From a virus (lineage: Duplodnaviria > Heunggongvirae > Uroviricota > Caudoviricetes), in the IMG/VR virus record IMGVR_UViG_3300046533_001163: a stretch of 64,000 bases of DNA; one strand, given 5' to 3'. Position numbers and translations under genes: made by a program. Numbering within the stretch: position 1 is the stretch's first letter; every line of letters begins with the position of its first letter. The notes beneath the pieces are model-generated. The model ran no database searches, had not been told where the DNA came from, and saw only the letters and a program-made list of their open reading frames with translations. Shown here piece after piece: positions 35,330 to 44,877 of the stretch.

Positions 35330-36240
35330 GGCTTCACCAACACCTTCTCGGCACTTTTGTCACAGTATACGAATGTGTTCACCCAACCGGTTTCTTCCTT
35401 GCCAACAAACTTTGTATATCCATCTAAAAATCTGGTAATATACTTGTTTGTCTGAGCGGAATAAGTATATGACCTCAATGCGTCTTTATAATTATCTTTC
35501 TTCTGATCATACAAAAGACCAGCTCTTACCAATATGGTAAACAAAGATCTCTTCAGGGTATCGGCCCTCCAAAAACCAGATGGATCAATTTCAATAATAT
35601 TGTACTGATTGGTTTCGTAAAACTTGGTGAACTCTTTTAATCCAAGCTTTACTTCAAGTCTATGGATGAACCTAGCAACCCGACGAGATCTAAGACGGTA
35701 ATCATTATAATTCTTAGCAGTTCCTTTGCTAATACTTACCGTACAAAAGAACATCTTTTCCGTTTTTGCATGGAATGACTTAGCAAACTCTTCTCTACAA
35801 TGAAACCACTTAACCGTACTGTTTTTCTCGTTATCAAACACCCCTAAGTGCTGACCTTGCGGCTCGTAGATAGAAAAGCAACATGCCCGCATTGGGCGAA
35901 CCATTGGAATAATATACTTCGCCGACAAACTATCATATGTCTTTTTAATTTCTTCATTTTCCAACGTAGTTTTTGCAAACTCGCAACATTCATCTATAAT
36001 ATTTTGGTAGTTGCTTCTTTTAGCATCAATTCTATCAAACTTCGTATAGATAGGCTCCCACTTGTCGCCCTTTTGATTCAAAACTAAGTAAACTGCGGTG
36101 TCTGTAGACAAAGGTTTCTTGGCAGCAACTACAGTTAACTTTCGCGTTGTTAAAAACACCCGTCCAGGCTTTACGAAATGCATCGTAACTTTGCCGGAAC
36201 AATTATCAGATTTTAATTCGCAACTTCCAAGTAATCTCAT
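35326..36240 (-). CDS. hypothetical protein
   Basis: 304 aa. Confidence 0.4.
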   Translation of the reverse strand: MRLLGSCELKSDNCSGKVTMHFVKPGRVFLTTRKLTVVAAKKPLSTDTAVYLVLNQKGDKWEPIYTKFDRIDAKRSNYQNIIDECCEFAKTTLENEEIKKTYDSLSAKYIIPMVRPMRACCFSIYEPQGQHLGVFDNEKNSTVKWFHCREEFAKSFHAKTEKMFFCTVSISKGTAKNYNDYRLRSRRVARFIHRLEVKLGLKEFTKFYETNQYNIIEIDPSGFWRADTLKRSLFTILVRAGLLYDQKKDNYKDALRSYTYSAQTNKYITRFLDGYTKFVGKEETGWVNTFVYCDKSAEKVLVKP

Positions 36241-36249
36241 GATTATCCC

Positions 36250-36993
36250 TTAGACATCAAGGATACGAACAGTACGACCAACGTTAGTTTTAACCTGAAT
36301 AACTTTATTAATATAAGCATCTTCACGACCGGCGCATAAACTGAGCACTTCGGTTCTACCTTTAGATACTTCTCTTAAAACGTCATCTAGTTCTTTTGAG
36401 AAGAGAGCCTTGTTTTCATCTAACGCTATCTTGCTACATGGAGGGTAAGATGACAAAGATACAACCTTGCAATCAGATGTGTAATAATTATCAAAATACT
36501 CCTTAACACTGACAACTGTATTGTAATATGCATTCTTTGCGTAAACCGGGGGATTATCACGAAGCATGGCTAAGGATAAATCATCAATATTATTGTGAGT
36601 ATAATTACCAGCAGGAATATTATGGGGGAAAATTTCACATCCCAGTATCATCAGTTTTTCGCCATTATTAAATATGGCCCCAGAATTAGAAACATAATGC
36701 AACTTCGGGTATTTAGCACAAACCTTGATTATACTTTGACGCATATGGTTAAGCGTGTAAAAAGCAAAATCATTAGCCCCGAGTATAAAATAAATATGGC
36801 AAGCTGAAACGCCGTGTATGACACGCAGATAATACTCAACAGAATCATGTGCCGCAATATTACCGGCAATACATAAAACATCTAGTTTCTTTGTCTCAGT
36901 AGACAAATGGTCCAAAAATGCCTCTAAATTTTCAGAAGAAGCAACGTGCAAATTGATGTTCGCTAAAAGTCCAATTTTCATGAACGATCCCAT
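36250..36993 (-). CDS. metallophosphoesterase (calcineurin-like)
   Basis: VLCIAGNIAAHD and ILGANDF match the GD...GNH(D/E) phosphoesterase motifs. Confidence 0.45.
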   Translation of the reverse strand: MGSFMKIGLLANINLHVASSENLEAFLDHLSTETKKLDVLCIAGNIAAHDSVEYYLRVIHGVSACHIYFILGANDFAFYTLNHMRQSIIKVCAKYPKLHYVSNSGAIFNNGEKLMILGCEIFPHNIPAGNYTHNNIDDLSLAMLRDNPPVYAKNAYYNTVVSVKEYFDNYYTSDCKVVSLSSYPPCSKIALDENKALFSKELDDVLREVSKGRTEVLSLCAGREDAYINKVIQVKTNVGRTVRILDV

Positions 36994-37478
36994 AAAATAG
37001 TTTTTTGAATTTGTTTTAAGCCGACATTTGTTTCATAGTTGGAATATATCCAAGCTGGAATAATAGGATACTCCAAAAACGTATCTGGGTCAATATCTAA
37101 ATTTCTTTCACCATCTAACCGATTTTGCTCATAAAAAATTGATTGGAAATTTTTGGGCAAAAGATTGACCGCTACGAGCGTTCGTACATAACCATATTCC
37201 CAAGGATATTCTATACAAAAACCCTCAAGGCGATCTACGCGGTCAATCATCAAATCCCAATTCGCCTGGTTATAGAAAAAAACTTCTAGCGCGCCAGATG
37301 AATTTTTGTCAAAAGTCAATCCAAGTCCACGAGGAACAACGTGTGGGATAAATGCCTTGCTGTGACCATAATAACAATGATGCTCATGTCCTCTAGACGG
37401 GCAATCTTTGTGAACTCCCATTAGATAAGAATTAACATGCCGTCTCGGGAGATTCCTTAAAGTCCCAAACACTGCCAT
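36978..37478 (-). CDS. second GGCT/AIG2-like fold protein
   Basis: MAVFGTLRN (YGTL-type start) ... ALEVFFYNQANWDLMIDRVDRLEG...YVRTLVAV. The internal start is preferred. The longer track ORF would overlap the GroES-like gene. Confidence 0.4.
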   Translation of the reverse strand: MAVFGTLRNLPRRHVNSYLMGVHKDCPSRGHEHHCYYGHSKAFIPHVVPRGLGLTFDKNSSGALEVFFYNQANWDLMIDRVDRLEGFCIEYPWEYGYVRTLVAVNLLPKNFQSIFYEQNRLDGERNLDIDPDTFLEYPIIPAWIYSNYETNVGLKQIQKTILWDRS

Positions 37479-37554
37479 AGGAAATGGGAAGGCGTATCTC
37501 TGGCTTACAGGCGCAGCCAGAAAGCGATCATACAACTTCCAAAGACCTTTGAGT

Positions 37555-37896
37555 TTAGGCGACAACCAACGCTCCCTTTTCTTCATTGTCGTCGTCGGAT
37601 GATTCGTAAACAGCAATCACGTCTTCAACTGGAATAAGGAACCGATTCTCGCCGTCTTCATACGATGCAGGCATAGATCTAGCTAAACTACAAATAGCCT
37701 TTGAATACTTTCTAATGTTTACGTAATCAAAATCATGTTCTACCTGAGGCGAAACAGCAAGAATTCTACAATTTCTAGTAGGAATTTTAGCGGTATCGGG
37801 TAATGCAATTCCACCTTTTGTCATACCTGAATCGGCCTCTTTAAGCACCAATACTCTCGGGCCGGACGGAACAATAGAAGTTAATTCTTTTTTCAT
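37555..37896 (-). CDS. groES: GroES-like co-chaperonin (Cpn10 family)
   Basis: IVPSGPRVLVLKEADSGMTKGGIALPDTAK...ILAVSP aligns with GroES IRPLHDRVIVKR..GGIVL. Confidence 0.55.
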   Translation of the reverse strand: MKKELTSIVPSGPRVLVLKEADSGMTKGGIALPDTAKIPTRNCRILAVSPQVEHDFDYVNIRKYSKAICSLARSMPASYEDGENRFLIPVEDVIAVYESSDDDNEEKGALVVA

Positions 37897-37901
37897 AGTT
37901 T

Positions 37902-38135
37902 TTATCCAAAGGTAAGAGTGGTAATTATATTGTCTTCGTCAAGACCAACATTTAATCTACTTGACACAAAGTCACATGTATAAACTGATCCTGGCTTAAG
38001 CACCCGCACTTTAGTAGCTTCTTTAATTACGGTTTTAATTCCTTCTCGCGTAATATCGTTTTCCTCTAAAGGAATCTCTACAAGTCTTCTGCCTAGTAAA
38101 ACACTAGCCCCTTTTATTGATTGGCTGCTGCTCAT
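37902..38135 (-). CDS. hypothetical protein
   Basis: 77 aa. Confidence 0.3.
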   Translation of the reverse strand: MSSSQSIKGASVLLGRRLVEIPLEENDITREGIKTVIKEATKVRVLKPGSVYTCDFVSSRLNVGLDEDNIITTLTFG

Positions 38136-38148
38136 TTTATTCTCCTTA

Positions 38149-38577
38149 TTAGTCTCTTCGGTTTTTTTCGTACCATTCTCTCAAATTTTCATCTGTAAAA
38201 ACAAGCCATATATCTTTTTGCCACTTATTAGATGGTCCGATAATACATCCGTATGCGTATAGCTCTCGTCCATAAGGCGCTTTTGGATTCTTAAAATACC
38301 ACACTCCAGATCCTTCCTCAATGCCAGTAAATGCAAATATTTGTCCTGTTTTCTTATTAAGGCCAGACTTTAATGGATGATATGAGCCAAGGCTGCATGT
38401 CCCGGATACCATCACCGTCAAATCAACGCCTAAAGGAATTTTTTTAATGTCTTCTAAAAATAATTGATTTAAATTCTCTGGCTTTTCCGATTTATGTCTT
38501 TCAGTAGGATATTTTAAACCATGTAATTTTCTATCTCTAATGAGTTTTTCAATGTCGCGCTGGCTCATAGAAATCAC
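38149..38577 (-). CDS. hypothetical protein
   Basis: 142 aa. Confidence 0.3.
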   Translation of the reverse strand: MISMSQRDIEKLIRDRKLHGLKYPTERHKSEKPENLNQLFLEDIKKIPLGVDLTVMVSGTCSLGSYHPLKSGLNKKTGQIFAFTGIEEGSGVWYFKNPKAPYGRELYAYGCIIGPSNKWQKDIWLVFTDENLREWYEKNRRD

Positions 38578-38589
38578 AGCCTCAAATTC

Positions 38590-39804
38590 TCAAGCAACTT
38601 TTTTAGGCATACAGTGCAATTTTGCACTACCGCAAACAGATTCCTTGGTAACTACATAATCCATCGGCAAAATGTCAACCATTGTATCCAACAATAAGTT
38701 TTCAATAATAGTTTTTAGCGCTCTTGCTCCAGTTTTTTCTGCATGCGCTTTTTCGGCGATAGCTATAAGCGATTCTTCTGTAAAGTCTAAGCTGGCACCA
38801 GATAGCTTAAATATCGCGTCATACTGCTTGCAAAGAGAATTCTTGGTATCTCGCAAAATACTCACAAGAGCAGAAACGTCTAAGCTGGATAAAACCGTTT
38901 TCACTGGAAGTCTACCGACAAACTCTGGAATAAGACCATATTCAATTAAGTCTTCATTAATAACGTCGGCTAATATATGTTCATTAAATCCATCGCTACC
39001 AAAACCGATTCGTTTTCTATTAGTTCTTTTAGCAACAATCTTATCAAGGTGAGTAAAAGCGCCGCCACAGATAAAAAGAATATTTGTAGTATCAACTGGA
39101 ATATATGCTTGCTCAGGATGCTTTCTGCCACCTGCCGGAGGCACATTAGCAATAGTGCCTTCCAGCATCTTTAGTAAAGACTGTTGAACTCCTTCTCCAG
39201 AAACATCCCTCGTAATTGAAACATTACTACTAGTTTTACTAATTTTATCTATTTCATCAATAAAGATAATTCCTCTTTGTGCCACTTCTACATTAAAGCT
39301 GCAATTATGCAACAATTTAAGAATTAAATTTTCAACGTCCTCTCCGACATACCCTGCTTGCGTCAGCGTAGTAGCATCGCCAATCGCCAACGGCACCGAC
39401 AATATTTTTGCTAAGTTCTTAACTAAGGCTGTCTTACCGACGCCGCTGGGTCCGATCATTAAAACATTTGATTTTTCAATCTCTACATCTGTAGATGTAG
39501 AGAAAATTCTTTTATAGTGATTACTAACAGCAACCGATAAAACTTTTTTAGCATGACTCTGGCCGATGATATAATCGTCTAGTCTTTTAATAATCTCTAA
39601 TGGTGATGGAATACTTTCCATCGTTTCCTGATTTAGATTTACTATTGAGTTTTCTTTAAATATCCTTGTGCAATCTGATACGCAATCCAAACAAATATGG
39701 GTGCTTTCATCTTGCCCATGTACTAACTGCTTTGTCGCATTACCAACTCCACAGAATGAACATTTTTTGCTGGGCATTTTTCGTCTTCGTGTGCTTTTCG
39801 CCAT
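38590..39804 (-). CDS. clpX: ATP-dependent Clp protease ATP-binding subunit ClpX
   Basis: N-terminal C4 zinc finger (CSFCG...CLDC). [62 protein letters not shown]. Collinear with ClpX. Confidence 0.85.
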   Translation of the reverse strand: MAKSTRRRKMPSKKCSFCGVGNATKQLVHGQDESTHICLDCVSDCTRIFKENSIVNLNQETMESIPSPLEIIKRLDDYIIGQSHAKKVLSVAVSNHYKRIFSTSTDVEIEKSNVLMIGPSGVGKTALVKNLAKILSVPLAIGDATTLTQAGYVGEDVENLILKLLHNCSFNVEVAQRGIIFIDEIDKISKTSSNVSITRDVSGEGVQQSLLKMLEGTIANVPPAGGRKHPEQAYIPVDTTNILFICGGAFTHLDKIVAKRTNRKRIGFGSDGFNEHILADVINEDLIEYGLIPEFVGRLPVKTVLSSLDVSALVSILRDTKNSLCKQYDAIFKLSGASLDFTEESLIAIAEKAHAEKTGARALKTIIENLLLDTMVDILPMDYVVTKESVCGSAKLHCMPKKVA

Positions 39805-39815
39805 TTGATAATCTT

Positions 39816-40142
39816 CTAAAAATAAAAAGAATAAAGAAATAATTCATACAAACAAACTGCCGACAACAAAACGTTGGCTGTTGGAATAAGCCAAGCGCGG
39901 CCAAAAGAAATAATCCAACTTGGCCTGTGCTTTGAATAAAGCACATAAACGCTAATGCCGACTACAAACATTGTAAGCAAAAACTTGAAGAAACACAACC
40001 CCAAAAACCCAAATTTTACCAGAAAAAACTCAGCAAATACGTTCAATTCGTAAAAATTGTTAGGGCAATCAACCACTAGTAGTTTAGTTAGATATAAATC
40101 AATACAACTGAGAAAGATAAACAAAACATAATTTCGTATCAT
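39816..40142 (-). CDS. membrane protein
   Basis: 108 aa, multi-transmembrane. Confidence 0.3.
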   Translation of the reverse strand: MIRNYVLFIFLSCIDLYLTKLLVVDCPNNFYELNVFAEFFLVKFGFLGLCFFKFLLTMFVVGISVYVLYSKHRPSWIISFGRAWLIPTANVLLSAVCLYELFLYSFYF

Positions 40143-41260
40143 TGCATCAATTTAGTGTTCATTCCTCCAATTTTATCTAAATTATCAAAAAATAGCTTCA
40201 TGGGAATATCACCACATCCCAAAACAGCTTTCTTACTTGAGAGACTCTTATTGGCTATCAGGCTTGTGACTGATGCTGCCGTAAAGCCAGTTGTTTTCTG
40301 CATAGCAGTAAAAATGTCATCGTGCTCAACGCAAACACGACGAACCCAATGTCCATTTTTATTCACGATACTTGCGCTAATTAAAACTTTATCTTTTCTC
40401 GTCTTCGGGCATGCGTTTTTAACCGCTCTACGAAACGTATCTTCATCCATTTTACAATCGCCCAACAAAAATTTAATCAGCTTACAATGGCCACCATATC
40501 TTATTGTTTTATAATCACACTCTTTAACCCCGCGAGTCATTAGAGATGGCAACAAGCCACCGACTCCACCTTTAGTATTAAATGCCTCAAGATATTCTAC
40601 GGTACAAAAATTTTTAGTGCTTACGTCACATAAAAATTCTATTTGTTCTATATCCTCTAACGCTGTAACCTTGGTAATTTTTGAATCTTTAATCGCATCG
40701 CATTGACCGACATATTCATTATAAAGACCATCCAAACTAAAGACTTGATTATACTGCAATAAATTGTTCGGATTAATCGGCAATCCGCCTACTCTTAACT
40801 TTATTACCGCATTACTTAAGTCTGATACAGTTTGTATACCATTTTCTAATATTAAACCAACTAATCCAGGTGCCAATCCCAATGAAACAAAGCAAGATTG
40901 CTCGCTGTTATAAAATCCACCTTCATTAAAATAACCCTCAATCTCCTGGTCTACCACTGGATTGCCGCCTAAATCTGTATAGCTACGTTTTAATTCAATA
41001 CAATTTTTAGCAATATCCTGATTAGCCCAATATGGCGCAGCCGATATTACCGTAGCATCTTTGACCTCAGATAAATCTTCTAAATCTTCAGCAACCCCAT
41101 CAATACCAATTTGGTTGCAATCAAAGAATGCAATGGCGTCTAGCAAAGAGCTACTATTAGGTTCTACCATATAAATAGGGTGATTCAATTTAGACAAGCC
41201 ATAAACAATGGCCCGACCCATTTCACCACCAGCACCGACCACAATAACGGGTTTATTCAT
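40139..41260 (-). CDS. saccharopine dehydrogenase family NAD(P)-binding enzyme (carboxynorspermidine / homospermidine-synthase-like)
   Basis: N-terminal Rossmann VIVVGAGGEMGRAIV. About 370 aa, the length and layout of the Sacchrp_dh N and C domains. Confidence 0.45.
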   Translation of the reverse strand: MNKPVIVVGAGGEMGRAIVYGLSKLNHPIYMVEPNSSSLLDAIAFFDCNQIGIDGVAEDLEDLSEVKDATVISAAPYWANQDIAKNCIELKRSYTDLGGNPVVDQEIEGYFNEGGFYNSEQSCFVSLGLAPGLVGLILENGIQTVSDLSNAVIKLRVGGLPINPNNLLQYNQVFSLDGLYNEYVGQCDAIKDSKITKVTALEDIEQIEFLCDVSTKNFCTVEYLEAFNTKGGVGGLLPSLMTRGVKECDYKTIRYGGHCKLIKFLLGDCKMDEDTFRRAVKNACPKTRKDKVLISASIVNKNGHWVRRVCVEHDDIFTAMQKTTGFTAASVTSLIANKSLSSKKAVLGCGDIPMKLFFDNLDKIGGMNTKLMQ

Positions 41261-41293
41261 TTTATTTCCCTGTCAAATTGATTTTCAAATGAC

Positions 41294-41321
41294 ATTATAC
41301 CACAAAACAGATAATAATCAA
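41294..41321 (-). promoter_or_regulatory. sigma-70-type promoter with an extended -10 (TTGATT-16 nt-TGgTATAAT)
   Basis: Lies between the terminator at 41325-41355 and the start of the 40139..41260 gene. An AGGGAAA RBS follows. Confidence 0.45.
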
Positions 41322-41324
41322 TAG

Positions 41325-41355
41325 AAAAAGCGGCAGGATTTCCTGCCGCTTTTTC
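41325..41355 (-). terminator. bidirectional rho-independent terminator
   Basis: aaaaa-gcggcagga-tt-tcctgccgc-ttttt. A perfect 9-bp GC stem flanked by an A-tract and a T-tract. Confidence 0.65.
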
Positions 41356-41373
41356 TGGAAAACTTCGGGTTGA

Positions 41374-41859
41374 CTAGGCCGCTTTGTAGAGCTTCTTGCG
41401 ACCTTCACCGCTCGGAACCGAGACGATTTCCTTGTTCGTGCGCAGCTTGTGAATGAGCTGGCCGAGAACGGGGGCAAAACTGTCAGACTTCGACTTGTAG
41501 CCAGCAGCCGCGACCTTATCACAAGCATCCTCAAGGGTCAGGCCCTTCGGATTCTTGGCGAGCACCTTCTTGAAGACAACTTCAAGGGTCGGCTTGCCGT
41601 TGCGTTCAGGACGGCTTCCGGCGCGACCAGTCGCGGTCTTCTTACTTGTGCGAGCCACCTTGGTGGTCGCGCCGTTCAGTGCTTCAACAGCCGCAATGGC
41701 AGTCTCAAGCAACTGCTGTCGCTTCGTGAGCGAAGCCGATTCAGCGACAAGCTGACTCAACGACAAGAGGCCCTTGGGACTCTTGGCAGGCTTGCTGACC
41801 TTCTTGGCGGGGGTTTTGACAACCTTCTTGACGGACTTCTTCGCGGTCTTCTTAGCCAT
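41374..41859 (-). CDS. linker-histone (H1/H5)-like winged-helix DNA-binding protein with an N-terminal Lys/Ala-rich tail
   Basis: MAKKTAKKSVKKVVKTPAKKVSKPAKSPKG tail. The C-terminal LTLEDACDKVAAAGYKSKSDSFAPVLGQLIHKLRTNKEIVSVPSGEGRKKLYK resembles the H1 globular domain. The gene is strikingly GC-rich compared with its neighbours. Confidence 0.5.
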   Translation of the reverse strand: MAKKTAKKSVKKVVKTPAKKVSKPAKSPKGLLSLSQLVAESASLTKRQQLLETAIAAVEALNGATTKVARTSKKTATGRAGSRPERNGKPTLEVVFKKVLAKNPKGLTLEDACDKVAAAGYKSKSDSFAPVLGQLIHKLRTNKEIVSVPSGEGRKKLYKAA

Positions 41860-41999
41860 GGTTCTGTGTTTCCTGTTAAGTCCCTGTCCACTCTTAGGAA
41901 AGGCATAGAGTAAGTAAAAAAGCTGGGACATGCTTTTTCTTTTTCTCTATCCTACTTGCTGCGTCTCTGTCTTAACTATACGACAAAAATTATAAAAGG

Positions 42000-43288
42000 G
42001 AAGTAAAATCTTCTAAAATAATGAAAAAATAGCAAAATATCGCACGCTATATTATCTTGTGTACAAATCATACAAGATAGAGCTAGCCCCAAACAACAAG
42101 CAAAAGACACGATTCTATCAATGTGCCGGTACAGCTAGATTCATATTTAACTGGGGATTATTTAAGATTTCATCCGCTTACAGCAAAGATAAAACAAAAA
42201 TAACGACATTTGAATTAAGTAATCAACTAACTCAACTCAAAAAAACAAAAGAATATATTTGGTTAAAAGAAATTTCTTCTTGGGTACCGATTTATGCCTT
42301 GCAAAATCTTAATTCGGCATTCAAAAATTTTTTCCGAAATTGCAAGCAAAATAAAAAGGGCAAAAAAGGCTTCCCTAAGTTTAAACAAAAAGGCAAAGCC
42401 TTAAATAACTTTACCGTGAGCGATGTGTTCTACGGCCCAAAACACGTTAAGCTACCAAGGATAGGTAAAATACGACTCAAGGAACATGGTTACATTCCAG
42501 CTAACTCTAAAGTCGTCAATGCAACAATAACTGAACATGCGGGACGATGGTTCATATCAATGCTAATAAATGAACCAGAGCCAAATTTTCAAGGTGCCAA
42601 AGACAAATACTCGCAAGTAGGCGTTGATCTAGGAATTAAAACACTTGCTGTAATTAGTGACGGACAAGAATTTCAGAGTCCTAAGCCACTTAAAAAGCAC
42701 ACTAAAAAACTCAAAAAACTACAACGAAAACACGCTAGATGTAAAGGAGTCAAAAACAGAGAAAAAGCAAGAAAAAAACTGGCAAAATGCCATTATCGCG
42801 TAACATGTATTCGCAAGGATACATTGCATAAAATTACTACACACTTAACGAAAACCAAGTCAAGAATAGTAATTGAAGATTTAAACGTTTCGGGAATGAT
42901 GAAAAATCATAAGTTGTCAAGAGCAATCTCAGATTTAGGCTTCTATGAATTTCGCAGACAGCTTGAGTATAAAGGAAGATGGTATAATTGTGAAATTATA
43001 CTGGCCGATAGATTTTTTCCATCTAGTAAAACTTGTCCGTGTTGCAACGATATTTATAAGGACTTAACACTTGATCAAAGAGAATGGAATTGTGCCAACT
43101 GTAATACCCTGAACCTAAGAGATTCAGCCGCAGCAAAAAACCTAGAAGTCTATCCTGAAAAACACGCACACAAATATAATAAACAAAGTACCGTGAGTTC
43201 CACGGAAGCTGACAAAGTGTCTACGACTTAGGAAAAGAAAGCTCTGGCTTACAATGGGTAAGCGAAACTGGCTTTTATGATTAAGTAA
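42000..43288 (+). mobile_element. putative IS1341-type (tnpB-only) insertion
   Basis: A plus-strand island in a minus-strand genome. The ends are not mapped. A hairpin gcttacaatgggtaagc lies just 3' of tnpB, where the guide-RNA (omega-RNA) scaffold and element right end are expected. Confidence 0.3.
42059..43231 (+). CDS. tnpB: TnpB (IS200/IS605-family OrfB RNA-guided endonuclease), stand-alone
   Basis: YKIELAPNNKQ. RuvC-I GVDLGIKTLAVISDG. RuvC-II IVIEDLNV. TCPCCN...WNCANCN zinc finger. RDSAAAKNL RuvC-III. GTG start. No tnpA nearby. Confidence 0.85.
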   Translation: MYKSYKIELAPNNKQKTRFYQCAGTARFIFNWGLFKISSAYSKDKTKITTFELSNQLTQLKKTKEYIWLKEISSWVPIYALQNLNSAFKNFFRNCKQNKKGKKGFPKFKQKGKALNNFTVSDVFYGPKHVKLPRIGKIRLKEHGYIPANSKVVNATITEHAGRWFISMLINEPEPNFQGAKDKYSQVGVDLGIKTLAVISDGQEFQSPKPLKKHTKKLKKLQRKHARCKGVKNREKARKKLAKCHYRVTCIRKDTLHKITTHLTKTKSRIVIEDLNVSGMMKNHKLSRAISDLGFYEFRRQLEYKGRWYNCEIILADRFFPSSKTCPCCNDIYKDLTLDQREWNCANCNTLNLRDSAAAKNLEVYPEKHAHKYNKQSTVSSTEADKVSTT

Positions 43289-43666
43289 TTAAGCAGGTAA
43301 AGTACCGTCACTCTTAAGGAGCGATAATTTTTGCAAAACTTCTTTTCGCATGATTTTGACGCTTGTCGGAGCATCAATCCCAATTCGCGTTGAATCCCGA
43401 GAAACTCTGACACATGTAATGCCAACATCTATATCAGCACCACCATCATCAAGCTTTAGCTGTACGCTATCTTTAGGATTCAGCGTAAATTCATGCCATC
43501 CACCTTCTGATATTTCGAAATCAGGGAAGATAACTTGAGGGTGAGCGCTAATACCCAAATGAGCTTGGCCATTCCTAGCGGAAAAACAAATCAACGTAAC
43601 GTCCGCAATATTAGCGCCTGTAGACAACTTGATCTCTTCTCCGGCTTTCCTCGTCAAAACCAACAT
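43289..43666 (-). CDS. csrA: tandem-duplicated (single-chain) CsrA-like RNA-binding protein
   Basis: Copy 1: MLVLTRKAGEEIKL...HLGISAHPQV. Copy 2: FTLNPKDSVQLKL...TRIGIDAPTSVKIMRKEV. Both align to CsrA (MLILTRRVGE...IGVNAPKEVSVHREEI). Confidence 0.5.
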   Translation of the reverse strand: MLVLTRKAGEEIKLSTGANIADVTLICFSARNGQAHLGISAHPQVIFPDFEISEGGWHEFTLNPKDSVQLKLDDGGADIDVGITCVRVSRDSTRIGIDAPTSVKIMRKEVLQKLSLLKSDGTLPA

Positions 43667-43689
43667 GGCTTTTCCCTTTCCTTGGATTA

Positions 43690-44832
43690 TTATCGGAATT
43701 TTTTGTCGGCAACTGACGGAATCGCTTCATGGTCTTCTAAGTCAGATTCTCTCAGAACAAGCTGAAGAAGGCTAAGCATAACAAAATAGTCGCGCTTCAA
43801 AGTCTTTTGTTTCACACCCTTAATTTTCGTTTCAAGGTCAGAACGAATATCTCTGATCTGCTTGGTGGAAAGAGGACGACCCTTTCCAGTTCTTGCGCCA
43901 AGTGTTTCATTTACTTCACCGATTACATCTGCCGTAATCGTCTTGTTGCCACTGGCCTTATTTAACGCCGCCATTCTCTCTTTGGCAGTGCTTAAGTCTG
44001 ACGATGTGCTTTTCAGAACCTCCGTAGACTTCTTGAGGATACCGCTTGCCTCTGCTTTTCGGGAAAGCGGAGCACGTTTAACCATCACCTCTGCTACTTC
44101 AACATCAGTTTGAGCCTGCTCAACCTTTTCCTTCAGAGTCTCCACTTGATCTATGGCGCTTTGAAGCCTGTTGGCATAATCCTTCTCCACCAAATTTCGA
44201 GCAAAGTCTATTACTGATTTAATCTTAGAAGAATTTGTCTTCAACAACTGCAAGGCAGAACTACGGTTAATTATTCCAGAATTAAGAGCCTCCAATGCAT
44301 ACCTCGGTAAATTACCGATGCTGATTGTTTGAGAAACCCAACTGGGCGATGTGTCAAATATTCCAGCGATCTGGTCCCGAGTAAATGCCTTTTCGCCTTT
44401 TTCATTTGTCTCATTATCCAATCGCATACAAGCTTCAATACGTTCTATCTCTGTTAAGTCTACTCTCTCCAAATTATCGGAGTAAGCAATTCCAAGTGCG
44501 GTCATATCATCGCACTCAAAACACTTAACGTCTACGTTCGCAAAAACCTCTTTCGCGGGCAACTTCTTCTGATGCTGCTGAGAATAACACGACTCTCCAT
44601 CTTCTAGAAGCTTATAAATAGATCGTAAGCGACGTTCCCCACCAAGAAGCAGGTATTCGTTGTTTAATTTTCTAACGATGAGAGGATAAAGCAACCCTTG
44701 TGCGCAAATACTAGTTCTTAACGACTTCATCCTTTCGCTATTAAAAACAGTTCTCGCATTCTGCAAACTACCTCTATTAATAATCTTGATTTCGCCAACC
44801 GACAACTTCAGATGTTTAACGCTGCTTTCCAT
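43690..44832 (-). CDS. ParB/Spo0J N-terminal-domain protein
   Basis: GLLYPLIVRKLNNEYLLLGGERRLRSIYKL (GERRxR ParB box). 380 aa. No adjacent parA. Confidence 0.6.
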   Translation of the reverse strand: MESSVKHLKLSVGEIKIINRGSLQNARTVFNSERMKSLRTSICAQGLLYPLIVRKLNNEYLLLGGERRLRSIYKLLEDGESCYSQQHQKKLPAKEVFANVDVKCFECDDMTALGIAYSDNLERVDLTEIERIEACMRLDNETNEKGEKAFTRDQIAGIFDTSPSWVSQTISIGNLPRYALEALNSGIINRSSALQLLKTNSSKIKSVIDFARNLVEKDYANRLQSAIDQVETLKEKVEQAQTDVEVAEVMVKRAPLSRKAEASGILKKSTEVLKSTSSDLSTAKERMAALNKASGNKTITADVIGEVNETLGARTGKGRPLSTKQIRDIRSDLETKIKGVKQKTLKRDYFVMLSLLQLVLRESDLEDHEAIPSVADKKFR

Positions 44833-44877
44833 CTTTGTTCCTTTCCATGGGCCAGAAATTTCAATCTGAACGATTCA

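Noticed and set aside
36978-37616. Full-length 212-aa track ORF for the second GGCT-like gene.
   Set aside because: Its first 46 codons would overlap the GroES-like gene by 62 nt. The GGCT fold begins at the internal MAVFGTLRN. The N-terminal extension may still be real.
41295-41931. Alternative ORFs 41295..41534 (-), 41449..41913 (+) and 41555..41755 (+).
   Set aside because: They overlap the GC-rich H1-like gene. High GC suppresses stop codons in all frames. Only the Lys-rich frame shows recognisable protein features.
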